Shown: one piece after another, positions 31,111 to 41,190 of the stretch
How the letters are laid out: each line of letters begins with the position of its first letter
Position numbering within the stretch: position 1 is the stretch's first letter
Assembly (NCBI GenBank): GCA_017933995.1
Contig: JAGBKI010000022.1
Span: forward strand, 1,746 to 65,745
Direction of reading: 5' to 3'
Source of the DNA: Bacteroidaceae bacterium
GTDB taxonomy: Bacteria > Bacteroidota > Bacteroidia > Bacteroidales > Bacteroidaceae
DNA: 64,000 bases
Program-made: the position numbers and the translations under genes
Notes under the pieces: model-generated
What the model was told of the DNA's origin: nothing
What the model saw: only the letters and a program-made list of their open reading frames with translations
The model's database searches: none

Positions 31111-31533
31111 ATGCCTGTTACAGGAACGAATGGAAAGAAAAGCCGCGTAAACGAAACGCTTTTCGTCCGGCTCGAGGACACCGTCCGCCACAGCGGCTGG
31201 TATCTGGACACAGCTATCAACCGCGAAGCCGTTTGTACCAAGATGGGTATCTGTCGCCAAACGCTGACCAAACTGCTCAGCCTCTACACCCCAGCCAGCA
31301 ACTTCCCCGACTACATCAGCCGCATGCGCGTAGAACATGCATGCAAGGTTATCAGAACATCCCCTACCCTTCCTATGGCAGAGGTTGCCAAAGTATGCGG
31401 TTTCTGTACGATGCGCAACATGCAACGCGTGTTCAAGAAATATCGCGACACCACACCCGTACAATATGCCCGCAGTCTGCGCGCAACTGCTTGCGACAGG
31501 CAGATGTTCCGCAACTACACAATCAGAGTTTAG
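31111..31533 (+). CDS. Stand-alone AraC-type HTH protein
   Basis: YISRMRVEHA..MAEVAKVCGF..RVFKKY..TPVQY; own -7 motif at 31078-31085. Confidence 0.75.
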   Translation: MPVTGTNGKKSRVNETLFVRLEDTVRHSGWYLDTAINREAVCTKMGICRQTLTKLLSLYTPASNFPDYISRMRVEHACKVIRTSPTLPMAEVAKVCGFCTMRNMQRVFKKYRDTTPVQYARSLRATACDRQMFRNYTIRV

Positions 31534-31753
31534 GTTTTAATAGGGTGAAGGTACTGCCTGCCCCACAGGCAGTGCTTTCCGCTCGCCGTGAGGCGGGCGA
31601 AACAAAGTGTGAGTCCCGCACCGATTTCCGCGCCCTTTCGGGCAACGTGCCGGTGCGGGTTTTCTATTGCACTAAAAACACAAAAAAAAGCCCGCGCCAT
31701 CTCTAAGGATGATTGCGCAGGCTTGGTTTTGGTACGGACCTTGTTATTGCTGC

Positions 31754-33928
31754 CTACCTGCGGCGCAGCCAAGTCTGTAGGACGTCGCAGCGCGTGAAGA
31801 ACAAAGGCTGCTGCGCGCCTTGCCGACGGGCGTAGGTGGCCAGAGCGGCATAGTCGCGCGATTGCTGTCGGCGGCTGTCGGGGAAGAACTCCAGCGTATA
31901 GCGTTCCGTCTCCCAATCGTAGGCGTAGTTGAAGAACTGGTATCCGTCCCAGGCGCTGTTATCGAGGTTTATGTACGCCTTGGCGAAGAGCACGCGGGCG
32001 CGAAGGTCATCGTAGGTCGGCGCGTCGGGCAGCGCGGCTTCGGCGGCTTGCAAGTGGCGGTAAGCAAGTGTGTCGAGCAACGTGGCTGGTTCGTAGCAAC
32101 TGCGTCCGTAGGCAGAAAGGAACCAACTGTCACCGTGCAACGAGGCCTGGAAAACAAGCGTAGCAAGGCGGTAGCGGGTCTGTGCTTTGTAGTCGTCGGA
32201 CTGCGGCTTTTCTAAAGCCTCTTCCAGTGCCACGATGTCGCGACAGAACTGTAGACGGGGGTTCGCGGTGAGCGTGGTGAGCGTCTCCGCCCCCCAGCCG
32301 TCGCGCTGCTCCTCAATGACCTGACGCTTGCCAATCCAACGCTCGCGGGTGTAATCACGCCGTGCCATATAATAGGAGACGGCCTGTGCCGAAAGGAAAC
32401 GCGGCGACACCTGCTCGTGCCAACTGATAGCCTCGCGGAAACGTCCCTCGGCTACAAGAAGTGTGCCGATGAGGTCACAATAGAACTCCTTGGTTCTCTG
32501 CGCCTCGGGCAGATGGGCATAGAGGAAATCGGTGAAAGCATCAGTCGGAGCCTGGAAAAAGTCGTGGTACACACGCTTGGCTTCTTCGGCGGTGCCTGTT
32601 GTAAGAGCCGTGCTGAAGGCACTGCTGTAGTCCACCTGTAACGGGTCGGTATCGATGCCATTGAGCGCATCGGCAGCGGCAAGACACAGCAGGGCATCGG
32701 AATGGCGTCCTTGCGTCTCGCAGAGCGGCACAAGGTGGCGCAGATAGATGCGCTGTGCGGCATTCCAGTAGAGGTTGAAGGTCTCTTTACCTTCGCGCGC
32801 CTTGCCCTCAAGCCAACGTAATTCATTTACGGTCTGTGTCCGATAGTCGGCAAAGTCCTTGACATCGGCGGTGGAGATAGCCAAGCGGATGATGCGGGCG
32901 TCGTCCTTCATCAGCGGTGTGCCAGGCTGTGCCATGGCACGGTCGATGAGCGTGCGCGCTTCGACCACATTGCCGTACAAATAGTTGAGCCACGCAGCGG
33001 CAGTGAGCCACATCGCGGGCGACTGCGTTTTACGCTCGTTGGCCACCTGCTTGGCGAAGGCAATGAAGTTCGTTACCTCGTCGGCATAGACCTTAGTGAT
33101 ATAGCCGTCGCGTCCCAGCCGGCCTTCGCCGTCGAGCGTCTCCTGTGCGTTGTTCACGAAGTCCTGCACAAGCAGGTGGAGCGCGGCACTGTTTGGGTTC
33201 TGTGCATAGAGGCGACGTATGCAGCCGAGGTTGCGCCCGTCGTGCATACACCACGTGGCGCTGTGGGCGTCGCCGAGGCGGGCGTAGATTTCACAAGCAT
33301 CCTCATCGCGCCCCAGTTTGCGCAATGCGCCAGCATAGAAACCCATGGCCATGTCGCGGAACACGCTTTCGGGCTGTGTCTTGCCCTTGCTCTCCCAAAC
33401 TTTGGCCACTTCCTGCCACTGCTCGGCCTTGAACAGCGCGCGCATACGCAGCAAGGTGTATTGCGGAACAAGTTTTCCGGGCTGCACAGCGGCTGCACGG
33501 CGCGCCACATTGGCGTACGCCTTACGCTGGGCGGCAACTTCGGCCTCATCGGGATAGTACCAAACGTCTTCTTCCGTGGGACCAGCCTCGAAATAGGCCA
33601 CGAGTAGGCGCAGGTACTGCTGCATAGCCTTGTCGCCCTTGCGGTAGGCGGCGCGCACGATGGGGTTCTGTGACTTGGCGAGGTCGCCGCTCTCTATGCC
33701 TATCAGCTCGTCGAGGTCTTCGGCGGTGACGGTGCGCCCGGCGTAGGCCGTCCACCACTCGGTGAGGCGGGTCTGTGTAGCAGCGCGAGTAGTACGGTCG
33801 CCCTCAAAGGCGTAGAACAGGTAGTAGTTGTCGGTGGGGTCCCACGCGCAGGCTTCGGCACGCGGAACAGCCACGAAAAGCAGCATGCATACGGCTGCTG
33901 CTTTAACGGATGCGGTAAAGCGATTCAT
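31754..33928 (-). CDS. Large exported alpha-helical (TPR-like) hypothetical protein
   Basis: Signal peptide ending AEA-CAW, helical repeats; overlaps the stop of the upstream lipoprotein gene. Confidence 0.75.
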   Translation of the reverse strand: MNRFTASVKAAAVCMLLFVAVPRAEACAWDPTDNYYLFYAFEGDRTTRAATQTRLTEWWTAYAGRTVTAEDLDELIGIESGDLAKSQNPIVRAAYRKGDKAMQQYLRLLVAYFEAGPTEEDVWYYPDEAEVAAQRKAYANVARRAAAVQPGKLVPQYTLLRMRALFKAEQWQEVAKVWESKGKTQPESVFRDMAMGFYAGALRKLGRDEDACEIYARLGDAHSATWCMHDGRNLGCIRRLYAQNPNSAALHLLVQDFVNNAQETLDGEGRLGRDGYITKVYADEVTNFIAFAKQVANERKTQSPAMWLTAAAWLNYLYGNVVEARTLIDRAMAQPGTPLMKDDARIIRLAISTADVKDFADYRTQTVNELRWLEGKAREGKETFNLYWNAAQRIYLRHLVPLCETQGRHSDALLCLAAADALNGIDTDPLQVDYSSAFSTALTTGTAEEAKRVYHDFFQAPTDAFTDFLYAHLPEAQRTKEFYCDLIGTLLVAEGRFREAISWHEQVSPRFLSAQAVSYYMARRDYTRERWIGKRQVIEEQRDGWGAETLTTLTANPRLQFCRDIVALEEALEKPQSDDYKAQTRYRLATLVFQASLHGDSWFLSAYGRSCYEPATLLDTLAYRHLQAAEAALPDAPTYDDLRARVLFAKAYINLDNSAWDGYQFFNYAYDWETERYTLEFFPDSRRQQSRDYAALATYARRQGAQQPLFFTRCDVLQTWLRRR

Positions 33929-34928
33929 AATATTGTGATGATAAGTTCTGTATGCTGGTACTGTCAAGATGGTAAACCACAGCCTGCTCGTGCAGGCCGG
34001 GGCGAGCTTTTTCCATCGCCCTTGCCAAGCCGACGACCTCGGCCTCGGCGGGGCGGCTCACCACCACCTCATCACCCGGCGAAAGGTGTATGTCATAACC
34101 GCCCTGCAATGCGCCGTGAAGCGTGCGCCCCTGCACAACGCGGTAGAGCGAATCGGGGACGAGAGCTTCATATACGGTGCTGTCGCGGAGGTTCTCGCTG
34201 TAGAGCAGTCCCTTGAAAGTGTCACCACTAAACAGCCGCTGCCAGCGAAAGTTGGGATAGGCAGCGCAGAGCGGCAGGGGATAATCTTTCAGTTTTGGGA
34301 GGAACGGCTCTATGTCAGCACGCGAAAAGATGGGGTTGCGCGCCGTGCGCTGTCGGAAGTCGCCTGTGTTGTAGACCATTAGCACACCGTAGTCTATCGG
34401 TGGCGCAGGCTGTGCTAACTGGTGCAGGCGTATTGTGGTGCTCAAGCGCCACCCTTCGGCCTGCAAACGCGTCCGGACGTCGGTCAGCAGGGCGAAGTAT
34501 ACGTCGCGCGTGGCGGGTGTCCAGTCGCAGTCCAATTGCAGTTCACTGGCAGCGGGCAGGCGCATCACGCGCGCCATTTTTATTACGCGCGCCACCAGCC
34601 GCTCGGCCAGCCCAGCGGTGTCGGCCTGCAATACGTCGGGCGTGATGAACACAACAGGAATGGTTGTCAGTGTGTCGGGTAGCGTGTCTTCGAGGGTGAG
34701 CGTGGCCTGCGGTACGGGTTTGCCGTCGCGTACCACCACGTCGAACAAGCGCAGATACACTTTGCCTATGTGGTTGTCGCGCAGAAAAGCGCGTTCCGTG
34801 TCGTCAAGCGTCAGCGACGTGCGCCAATAGTACACCGCCGGGGCTGGTTCGGGCACACTGCCGCCGCTCCTCGAACAACCTGCGAGCAGCACCGTTATAC
34901 CTATTATATATATAAGGAGTGTCCTCAC
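33903..34928 (-). CDS. Lipoprotein, DUF3142-like/possible GH18-type TIM barrel
   Basis: Lipobox LAGC; YYWR, YLRLFDV, ELQLDCDW, TIRLHQ and LMVYN motifs. Confidence 0.7.
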   Translation of the reverse strand: MRTLLIYIIGITVLLAGCSRSGGSVPEPAPAVYYWRTSLTLDDTERAFLRDNHIGKVYLRLFDVVVRDGKPVPQATLTLEDTLPDTLTTIPVVFITPDVLQADTAGLAERLVARVIKMARVMRLPAASELQLDCDWTPATRDVYFALLTDVRTRLQAEGWRLSTTIRLHQLAQPAPPIDYGVLMVYNTGDFRQRTARNPIFSRADIEPFLPKLKDYPLPLCAAYPNFRWQRLFSGDTFKGLLYSENLRDSTVYEALVPDSLYRVVQGRTLHGALQGGYDIHLSPGDEVVVSRPAEAEVVGLARAMEKARPGLHEQAVVYHLDSTSIQNLSSQYYESLYRIR

Positions 34929-35235
34929 AAGGGCAAAAGTAAAAAAAAGGTGAATAGTGGGAAAAGAACTTGCAGTTTTTTCTCACCCGCACCGCTATGG
35001 CTTATAGACTTTTTAGCAACACGACATAGCACAAAAGCCACCCCCAAAAACACAGGGTTTGGCACGGGGAAAAACAAGAGTCAGCCAGAAAGCAAGCCCG
35101 CGCGAAGCAAACTGGGCAGATTCCTCAAGAAAAACTTGCAAAAAAGGCACAGCAAAGACACGTGCGCTTTCATTTTGCACGATATTCGTTACCTTTGCGC
35201 GCAAATGTGACACACGGCACCCCCGCCCCACCACA

Positions 35236-36396
35236 ATGAAAACGCTCCCCTACCCCACCCCCGCCTACATCCTCGAAGAGGCGCGGCTCGAAGCCAACTG
35301 CCAGCTGATTGCCGACGTGGCGGCGCAGGCCGGTGTGGAAATCGTGCTTTCGTTCAAGGCATACGCGCTGTGGAAGACGTTTCCGCTGCTGCGCCGCTAC
35401 ATCCGCCATGTCAGCGCGGCCTCGCCATTCGAGGCACGGCTGGGTTTCGAGGAGTTCGGCGCCCCCACCTACACCTACAGCCCCGCATTCGAGGAACACA
35501 CGTTCGCCGACGTGCTGCGTTGCAGCAGCCACGTGACGTTCAACAGCCTGTCGCAATTCCACCGTTTCGCCCCCGTGGCGCGCAAAGTTGCCCCCAGCGT
35601 GTCGCTCGGCCTGCGCGTCAATCCTGGCTACAGCGAGATTGAAACCGCGCTCTACAACCCGTGCGCGCCAGGCGGGCGCTTCGGCGTTGCGGCAGCCCAG
35701 TTGCCAGATCGCCTGCCCGAAGGGATTGACGGCCTGTTGTGCCACAACCATTGCGAAAGCGACAGCCACGCGCTGGAACGCTCATTGGTGCATCTCGAAA
35801 AGCACTTCGCGCCGTGGCTCGCGCAGGTGAAATGGCTCAATCTGGGCGGCGGCCACCTGATGACGCGGCAGGGCTATGACACCGCCCACCTCGTCGACAC
35901 GCTCCGCGCATTCCGCACTCGCTGGCCGCGCCTGGAGGTGATTCTGGAACCGGGTTCGGCCTTCGGGTGGCAAACCGGGCCGCTCGCAGCGTCGGTGGTG
36001 GACATCGTGGAAAACGCGGGGATACGCACCGCCGTGCTCAACGTGAGTTTCACGGCGCACATGCCCGACTGTCTGGAAATGCCCTATCACCCCACGGTGC
36101 GCGGTGCCGAGACGCTGCCCACGCTGAGCGACGCGGAGGCCGCATGCACACCGTTCGTCTACCGGCTGGGCGGAAACAGTTGCCTCAGCGGCGACTTTAT
36201 GGGCTATTGGCGCTTTCCCCGCCCCTTGCAAGCGGGAGACACGGTGCTCTTCGAGGACATGAACCACTATACCACCGTGAAGACAACGATGTTCAACGGC
36301 ATTGCACACCCCGCGCTCGTGCTGCAACACAAAGACGGCACGCTCGAAACGCTGCGCCGCTTCCGCTATGAGGACTACCGCGACCGTATGGACTGA
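35236..36396 (+). CDS. nspC: Carboxy(nor)spermidine decarboxylase
   Basis: PTPAYIL, GLRVNP..LYNPC, LNLGGGH, HMPDCLEMPY and HYTTVKTTMFNG motifs. Confidence 0.92.
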   Translation: MKTLPYPTPAYILEEARLEANCQLIADVAAQAGVEIVLSFKAYALWKTFPLLRRYIRHVSAASPFEARLGFEEFGAPTYTYSPAFEEHTFADVLRCSSHVTFNSLSQFHRFAPVARKVAPSVSLGLRVNPGYSEIETALYNPCAPGGRFGVAAAQLPDRLPEGIDGLLCHNHCESDSHALERSLVHLEKHFAPWLAQVKWLNLGGGHLMTRQGYDTAHLVDTLRAFRTRWPRLEVILEPGSAFGWQTGPLAASVVDIVENAGIRTAVLNVSFTAHMPDCLEMPYHPTVRGAETLPTLSDAEAACTPFVYRLGGNSCLSGDFMGYWRFPRPLQAGDTVLFEDMNHYTTVKTTMFNGIAHPALVLQHKDGTLETLRRFRYEDYRDRMD

Positions 36397-36438
36397 CCCC
36401 CCCATGCCCCTTTACCTCAAAAAACAAACTTCTTCAAT

Positions 36439-38406
36439 ATGGAAACAACGAAACTACCAGAGAACGCGGCGCGCGAGCTGCGCGCCGGCGAAGTGTACGA
36501 ACCCGTGATGTCGCCCTGGCGGCAGTACCGCGAGCTGACGCCGTGGTCGGTGGCCTGGGGCGTGGTGATGGCCGTCATCTTCAGCGCGGCCTGCGCCTAC
36601 CTGGGGCTGAAGGTCGGCCAGGTGTTCGAGGCCGCCATCCCCATCACCATCATCGCCATCGGCGTCAGCGGCGCCACGAAGCGCAAAGACCCGCTGGGCG
36701 AGAACGTCATCATCCAGAGCATCGGCGCCTGCTCGGGCATGATTGTGGCGGGCGCCATCTTCACGCTGCCCGCCCTGTTCATCCTGCAAAGCAAGTACCC
36801 GGACATCACGATTAACTTCTTCGAGGTGTTCATGGCCTCGCTGCTGGGCGGTGTGCTGGGCATTTTGTTCCTCATCCCGTTCCGCAAGTACTTCGTGAAG
36901 GACATGCACGGCAAGTACCCGTTCCCGGAGGCGACAGCCTCGACGCAGGTGCTCATCAGCGGCGAGAGCGGGGCGGGACAGGCCAAACCCCTGCTGGTGG
37001 CCGGCATCGTGGGCGGCCTGTACGACTTCATCGTGGCCTCGACGGGCGCGTGGGCCGAGACGTTCTCGACCACGGCGTTCGGCTGGGGCAAGGCCGTGGC
37101 GGCGAAGACCAAACTGGTGTTCAGCCTCAACACGGGCGCCGCGCTGCTGGGCATGGGCTACATCGTGGGCCTGAAGTACGCCGCCATCATCTGCGCGGGC
37201 AGCGTGACGGTGTGGTGGGTCATCGTGCCGGTCATCGGCCATCTGTTCCCCGACCTCGTGATAGCCACCACCGACGGCGCGCCCGTTGTGGCCGGGAGCG
37301 CGATGCCCGCCGAGATATTCCAGTACGCCAAGAGCATCGGCATCGGCGGCATCGCTATGGCCGGCATCATCGGCGTGGTGAAGAGCTGGGGCGTCATCAA
37401 GGGCGCTTTCAGCCTCATCGGCAAGATGGGCAAAGGCGGTGCGGCCACGGAGGAGGAGCGCACGCAGCGCGACCTGCCGATGAAGATCATCCTGTGGGGC
37501 ACGCTGCTGGCGCTGGTGGTGACGACGGTGTTCTTCTTCCTGGGCCCGATGGACGGCAACCTGCTGCATACGCTGGTGGGCATTGTCATCGTGGCCGTCA
37601 TCGCCTTCCTGTTCACCACGGTGGCGGCGAACGCCATCGCCATCGTGGGCAGCAACCCCGTGAGCGGCATGACGCTGATGACGCTCATCCTGTCGAGCAT
37701 CATCATGGTGCTGGTGGGCCTCAGCGGCACGCACGGCATGGTGGCCGCGCTGATTATGGGCGGCGTGGTGTGCACGGCGCTGAGCAGCGCGGGGTCGTTC
37801 GTCACCGACCTGAAGATTGGCTACTGGTTGGGCAGCACGCCGGCCAAGCAGGAGGCGTTCAAGTTTGTGGGCGTTGTGGTGAGCGCGGCCACGGTGTGCG
37901 GCGTCATCTACATCCTCAACGAAGCATACGGTTTCACGGACACGAACCAGGACGTGATGGCCGCCCCGCAGGCGCGTGCCATGGCCGCCGTCATCGAGCC
38001 GCTGATGAGCGGCGCGGGCGCGCCGTGGCTGCTCTACGGCATCGGCGCCGGGCTGGCCATCGTGCTCGACCGCTGCAAAATTTCCGCCCTGGCCTTCGCG
38101 CTGGGTATGTTCATCCCCTTGCAGCTCAACCTGCCGCTCATCGTGGGTGGCCTGGTGAACCACTTCGTGACGCACAGCAGCCGTGACGCCGAGGTGAACC
38201 GCCGTCGCGGCGAGCGCGGCACACTGCTGGCCAGCGGCTTCATCGCCGGCGGTGCGCTGATGGGCGTGGTGAGCGCGGGCCTGACGTTCGCGGGCGTAGA
38301 CCTCTCCTTGGGCGAATGGGCGACGGGCACGGGTGCACAGGTGCTCTCGCTCGCGATGTACGCCGCGATTATCGGCTATCTGTATAAGGCCAGCACCAAG
38401 GCGTAA
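36439..38406 (+). CDS. OPT-family oligopeptide transporter
   Basis: YLGLKVG, ENVIIQ, PFPEA, SNPVSG, DLKIG and APQA motifs; multi-TM. Confidence 0.92.
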   Translation: METTKLPENAARELRAGEVYEPVMSPWRQYRELTPWSVAWGVVMAVIFSAACAYLGLKVGQVFEAAIPITIIAIGVSGATKRKDPLGENVIIQSIGACSGMIVAGAIFTLPALFILQSKYPDITINFFEVFMASLLGGVLGILFLIPFRKYFVKDMHGKYPFPEATASTQVLISGESGAGQAKPLLVAGIVGGLYDFIVASTGAWAETFSTTAFGWGKAVAAKTKLVFSLNTGAALLGMGYIVGLKYAAIICAGSVTVWWVIVPVIGHLFPDLVIATTDGAPVVAGSAMPAEIFQYAKSIGIGGIAMAGIIGVVKSWGVIKGAFSLIGKMGKGGAATEEERTQRDLPMKIILWGTLLALVVTTVFFFLGPMDGNLLHTLVGIVIVAVIAFLFTTVAANAIAIVGSNPVSGMTLMTLILSSIIMVLVGLSGTHGMVAALIMGGVVCTALSSAGSFVTDLKIGYWLGSTPAKQEAFKFVGVVVSAATVCGVIYILNEAYGFTDTNQDVMAAPQARAMAAVIEPLMSGAGAPWLLYGIGAGLAIVLDRCKISALAFALGMFIPLQLNLPLIVGGLVNHFVTHSSRDAEVNRRRGERGTLLASGFIAGGALMGVVSAGLTFAGVDLSLGEWATGTGAQVLSLAMYAAIIGYLYKASTKA

Positions 38407-38424
38407 ACAAGCCGAAGCGTAACC

Positions 38425-38470
38425 ACAATCCCCTCTGCAAGCCACGTGCATTGCAGAGGGGATTGTTTTT
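38425..38470. terminator. Terminator between the convergent OPT and acyltransferase genes
   Basis: acaatcccctctgcaa / ttgcagaggggattgt 16-bp stem plus T run. Confidence 0.8.
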
Positions 38471-38499
38471 AGCCGGAAGCGGCACGCCGCAAAGCCACC

Positions 38500-39672
38500 T
38501 CAGCGGCCAAACAGTTTGCGCCGCAGCCAGACACGCACGGGTTCGTCGTAGAGTCTGAGGGAAGCGTAGGCGACAGCCACCGCGAGGAGAAAGACGCTGA
38601 TGGAAACAAACATGTGGGTGGCAAGGGGCAGGTGTTTGTGGGTGGCGGCCCAGGACATTTGCCAATAGACCAGCGGAAAGTGGGTGACGTAGAGCGGGTA
38701 GGAAAGGTCGCCAAGAAACTTGTTGATAGCCGTGGTGGCACCGCGCGTGCTGCTGGCCGCACCCACGGCCACAAGCAGCGGAAAGGCCAGCAGGATGCAA
38801 AAGGCTTCGTAGAGTCCGTTCATCCAATAGCTGGAAGTGTCGTCGCCGCCCACGCGCGGCACGCTGAACAACACCACGAGCGCCAGCGCGCACCACCAGA
38901 AACCGCCCCGCACGGAGAAACGCCGCCCCGCGCCCGCGTTCCAAAGCCTTGAAATCAGCAGACCGCAAAAGAAGGGGTAAAGCAAGCGCGTCAAGCCGAT
39001 CTGCAACTGGTCGGGCGTGAGGCTCCAGCCGCCTACGACGGTATTGCGGGCGGCGCTGCGCGTGGCAAGGAAGCCGAAAAGGTCGATGTCAAAGCAGAGC
39101 GTCAGCGTCAGCAAGGCTGAGCAGGCCACAAAGACGGCCAGCGCCTTTCGCGAAAAGCGACGGATGAAGAGCGCATAGGCGATGTTGGCTAAATACTCCC
39201 AGAAAAGCGACCACGTGGGGCCGTTGAGCGGGTTCATCTCGCCCCAACCGCGAATGTCAAGCCCCGTGGGAAGAGGCAGCAGCGTCAGGCAGACGAGGCA
39301 CACCACAACAGCGAGCCATACGGGCACGTCGGCTATGCGGGCAAAGTCGGGATGGCCGTCCGTGAAGTAGAACAGCAGAAGCCCGAAAAGCGTGCCCAGC
39401 ACCAGCATCGGGTGCAGACGGATGAGGCGGCGCTTGAAAAACGTCCCGATGCCCATTCTGTCCCAGCGGTCGTCGTAGGCGTAGCCAATGACAAAGCCGG
39501 AAAGCACGAAGAAGAAGTCCACAGCCAGATAGCCGTGGTTGATGAGCTGCGACGTAAGCCCGCCAGAGTATGTTTCAAGCAAGTGGAAAGCCACCACCAG
39601 CACCGCCGCTACGCCGCGCAGCCCGTCCAGGATTTCGTAACGCGGCTTTGAGGAAAGATAAGTTGTTTGCAT
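38500..39672 (-). CDS. Membrane acyltransferase family 3 (OafA-like)
   Basis: LDGLRGVAA..FH, AVDFFFVLSGF, WSLFWE and LGDLSYPLY motifs. Confidence 0.92.
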   Translation of the reverse strand: MQTTYLSSKPRYEILDGLRGVAAVLVVAFHLLETYSGGLTSQLINHGYLAVDFFFVLSGFVIGYAYDDRWDRMGIGTFFKRRLIRLHPMLVLGTLFGLLLFYFTDGHPDFARIADVPVWLAVVVCLVCLTLLPLPTGLDIRGWGEMNPLNGPTWSLFWEYLANIAYALFIRRFSRKALAVFVACSALLTLTLCFDIDLFGFLATRSAARNTVVGGWSLTPDQLQIGLTRLLYPFFCGLLISRLWNAGAGRRFSVRGGFWWCALALVVLFSVPRVGGDDTSSYWMNGLYEAFCILLAFPLLVAVGAASSTRGATTAINKFLGDLSYPLYVTHFPLVYWQMSWAATHKHLPLATHMFVSISVFLLAVAVAYASLRLYDEPVRVWLRRKLFGR

Positions 39673-39777
39673 CTCTATTCGAGTCTGTAATGCTTTCGGA
39701 CGCAAAGGTAGAAAAAAGTTATATTGGTGTCCGCTAAAAAAACTGCCCCCAAGTATAAAAAAGTTTTTTGCGCGGAC

Positions 39778-39877
39778 TAATTCTGCAAATTAAGCCTTAA
39801 TTTGCACAAACTAAGCCTATGTTTCGCCAAATTAAGGCTTGATTTGTAAAAACTAAGGCTTAATTTGCAGATTTGTG
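39778..39877. repeat. 21-bp-period palindromic array, 4 units (family A, copy 3)
   Basis: aattctgc-aaattaagccttaatttgcac-aaactaagcctatgtttcgcc-aaattaaggcttgatttgtaa-aaactaaggcttaatttgcag-atttg. Confidence 0.85.
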
Positions 39878-40061
39878 CGGACTTGGAGGCGATTTTTGGC
39901 TTTCACGGAGAGAACAAACACAATTTCCCGCATAAAAAACATACCAAGAAGGCGTTTTCTCCGTTATTATAATAAAAGCGGAGCACCCGCCCGGCAGGCG
40001 CAGCCACGGAGAAGGCGTCCCTGCCACCGACACCTAACACTTTACATCCTTATCTGATTCC

Positions 40062-41156
40062 ATGACTGTACATAATGACTACCTCGTGATCCTTGCCGGT
40101 GGTTCTGGCCGCCGACTTTGGCCCGTGAGCCGCAAGGATAAGCCCAAGCAGTTCCTTGATTTTTTCGGCACGGGCCGCACGCTGTTGCAGCAAACCTACG
40201 ACCGCTTCACCTCGTTCATAAACCCGGAGCGCATATACGTCTCCACGTTTACTGAATATACCGACGAGGTGTTGCGCCAGTTGCCGGACATCAGCCCCGA
40301 CCGCGTATTGGCCGAACCCGTGCAGCTCTCAACGGCTCCGGCAGCGGCTTGGGCCACATTCCACATTGAGCAAATCGACCCGCTGGCCAACATCATCGTG
40401 TCGCCCGCCGACCACCTCATCACCAACGAGGAGCAGTTCCGAAAGGACGTGACGGCGGGCCTGCAATACGTCGAGACGCACAAGGCTTTCCTGGCCTTAG
40501 CCGTGCCGCCCGCCACGCCCAACACGAACTACGGCTACATACAAAAAGGTGAGCCCGGCATCGTGGGAGCTACGCACTTCCGCGTGAAGTCCTTCGCCGA
40601 GAAGCCCGAGGCCGAGTTTGCCAGAATGTTTATGGAAAGCGGGGAATTTCTTTGGAACACGGGCTTGTTCCTATGGCAAGTGCCGACTATGGCGCGACGA
40701 CTGGCCGAACTGATGCCCGACGTGGCCGAGCGCTGGCGCGCCGAGAAGCGCGTACTGTCCTACGACGAGGAGCAGGCACTCATACGCAGGTACTACCCCA
40801 CCTCGCTGCGCTTAAACGTAGACCTGTTGGTGTTGGAGAAAAGCGCCGGACAGGTGTGCGTGCAAGAGTGCGGCTTCGGCTGGAGCGACATCGGCTCGTG
40901 GAACGGTCTGTTCGACACTGCGCGCCACGACGGCGACAACAACGTCACACTGGGCGGGCTGGGCGCTTTGTTCAGTGGCTGTTCAGGCAGCATTGTCAGC
41001 CTGCCGGAGGGGAAAGTGGCCTGCATACGCGGTCTGAAAGACTATCTCGTGGCCGAAAAGGACGGTGTGCTCGTGGTTTGTCCGCGCAACGAGACCGACG
41101 CCCTGCGCCGCTTCCTCAACGAGGCGCAAGTGAGGTTTGGCGAGGCGTTCACCTGA
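40062..41156 (+). CDS. manC: Mannose-1-phosphate guanylyltransferase
   Basis: ILAGGSGRRLWPVSR..PKQF, PADH, YGYI, FAEKP and WSDIGSW motifs. Confidence 0.9.
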   Translation: MTVHNDYLVILAGGSGRRLWPVSRKDKPKQFLDFFGTGRTLLQQTYDRFTSFINPERIYVSTFTEYTDEVLRQLPDISPDRVLAEPVQLSTAPAAAWATFHIEQIDPLANIIVSPADHLITNEEQFRKDVTAGLQYVETHKAFLALAVPPATPNTNYGYIQKGEPGIVGATHFRVKSFAEKPEAEFARMFMESGEFLWNTGLFLWQVPTMARRLAELMPDVAERWRAEKRVLSYDEEQALIRRYYPTSLRLNVDLLVLEKSAGQVCVQECGFGWSDIGSWNGLFDTARHDGDNNVTLGGLGALFSGCSGSIVSLPEGKVACIRGLKDYLVAEKDGVLVVCPRNETDALRRFLNEAQVRFGEAFT

Positions 41157-41190
41157 ACAAACCAAAGAGGCTTATAAAAAATTCTATATA

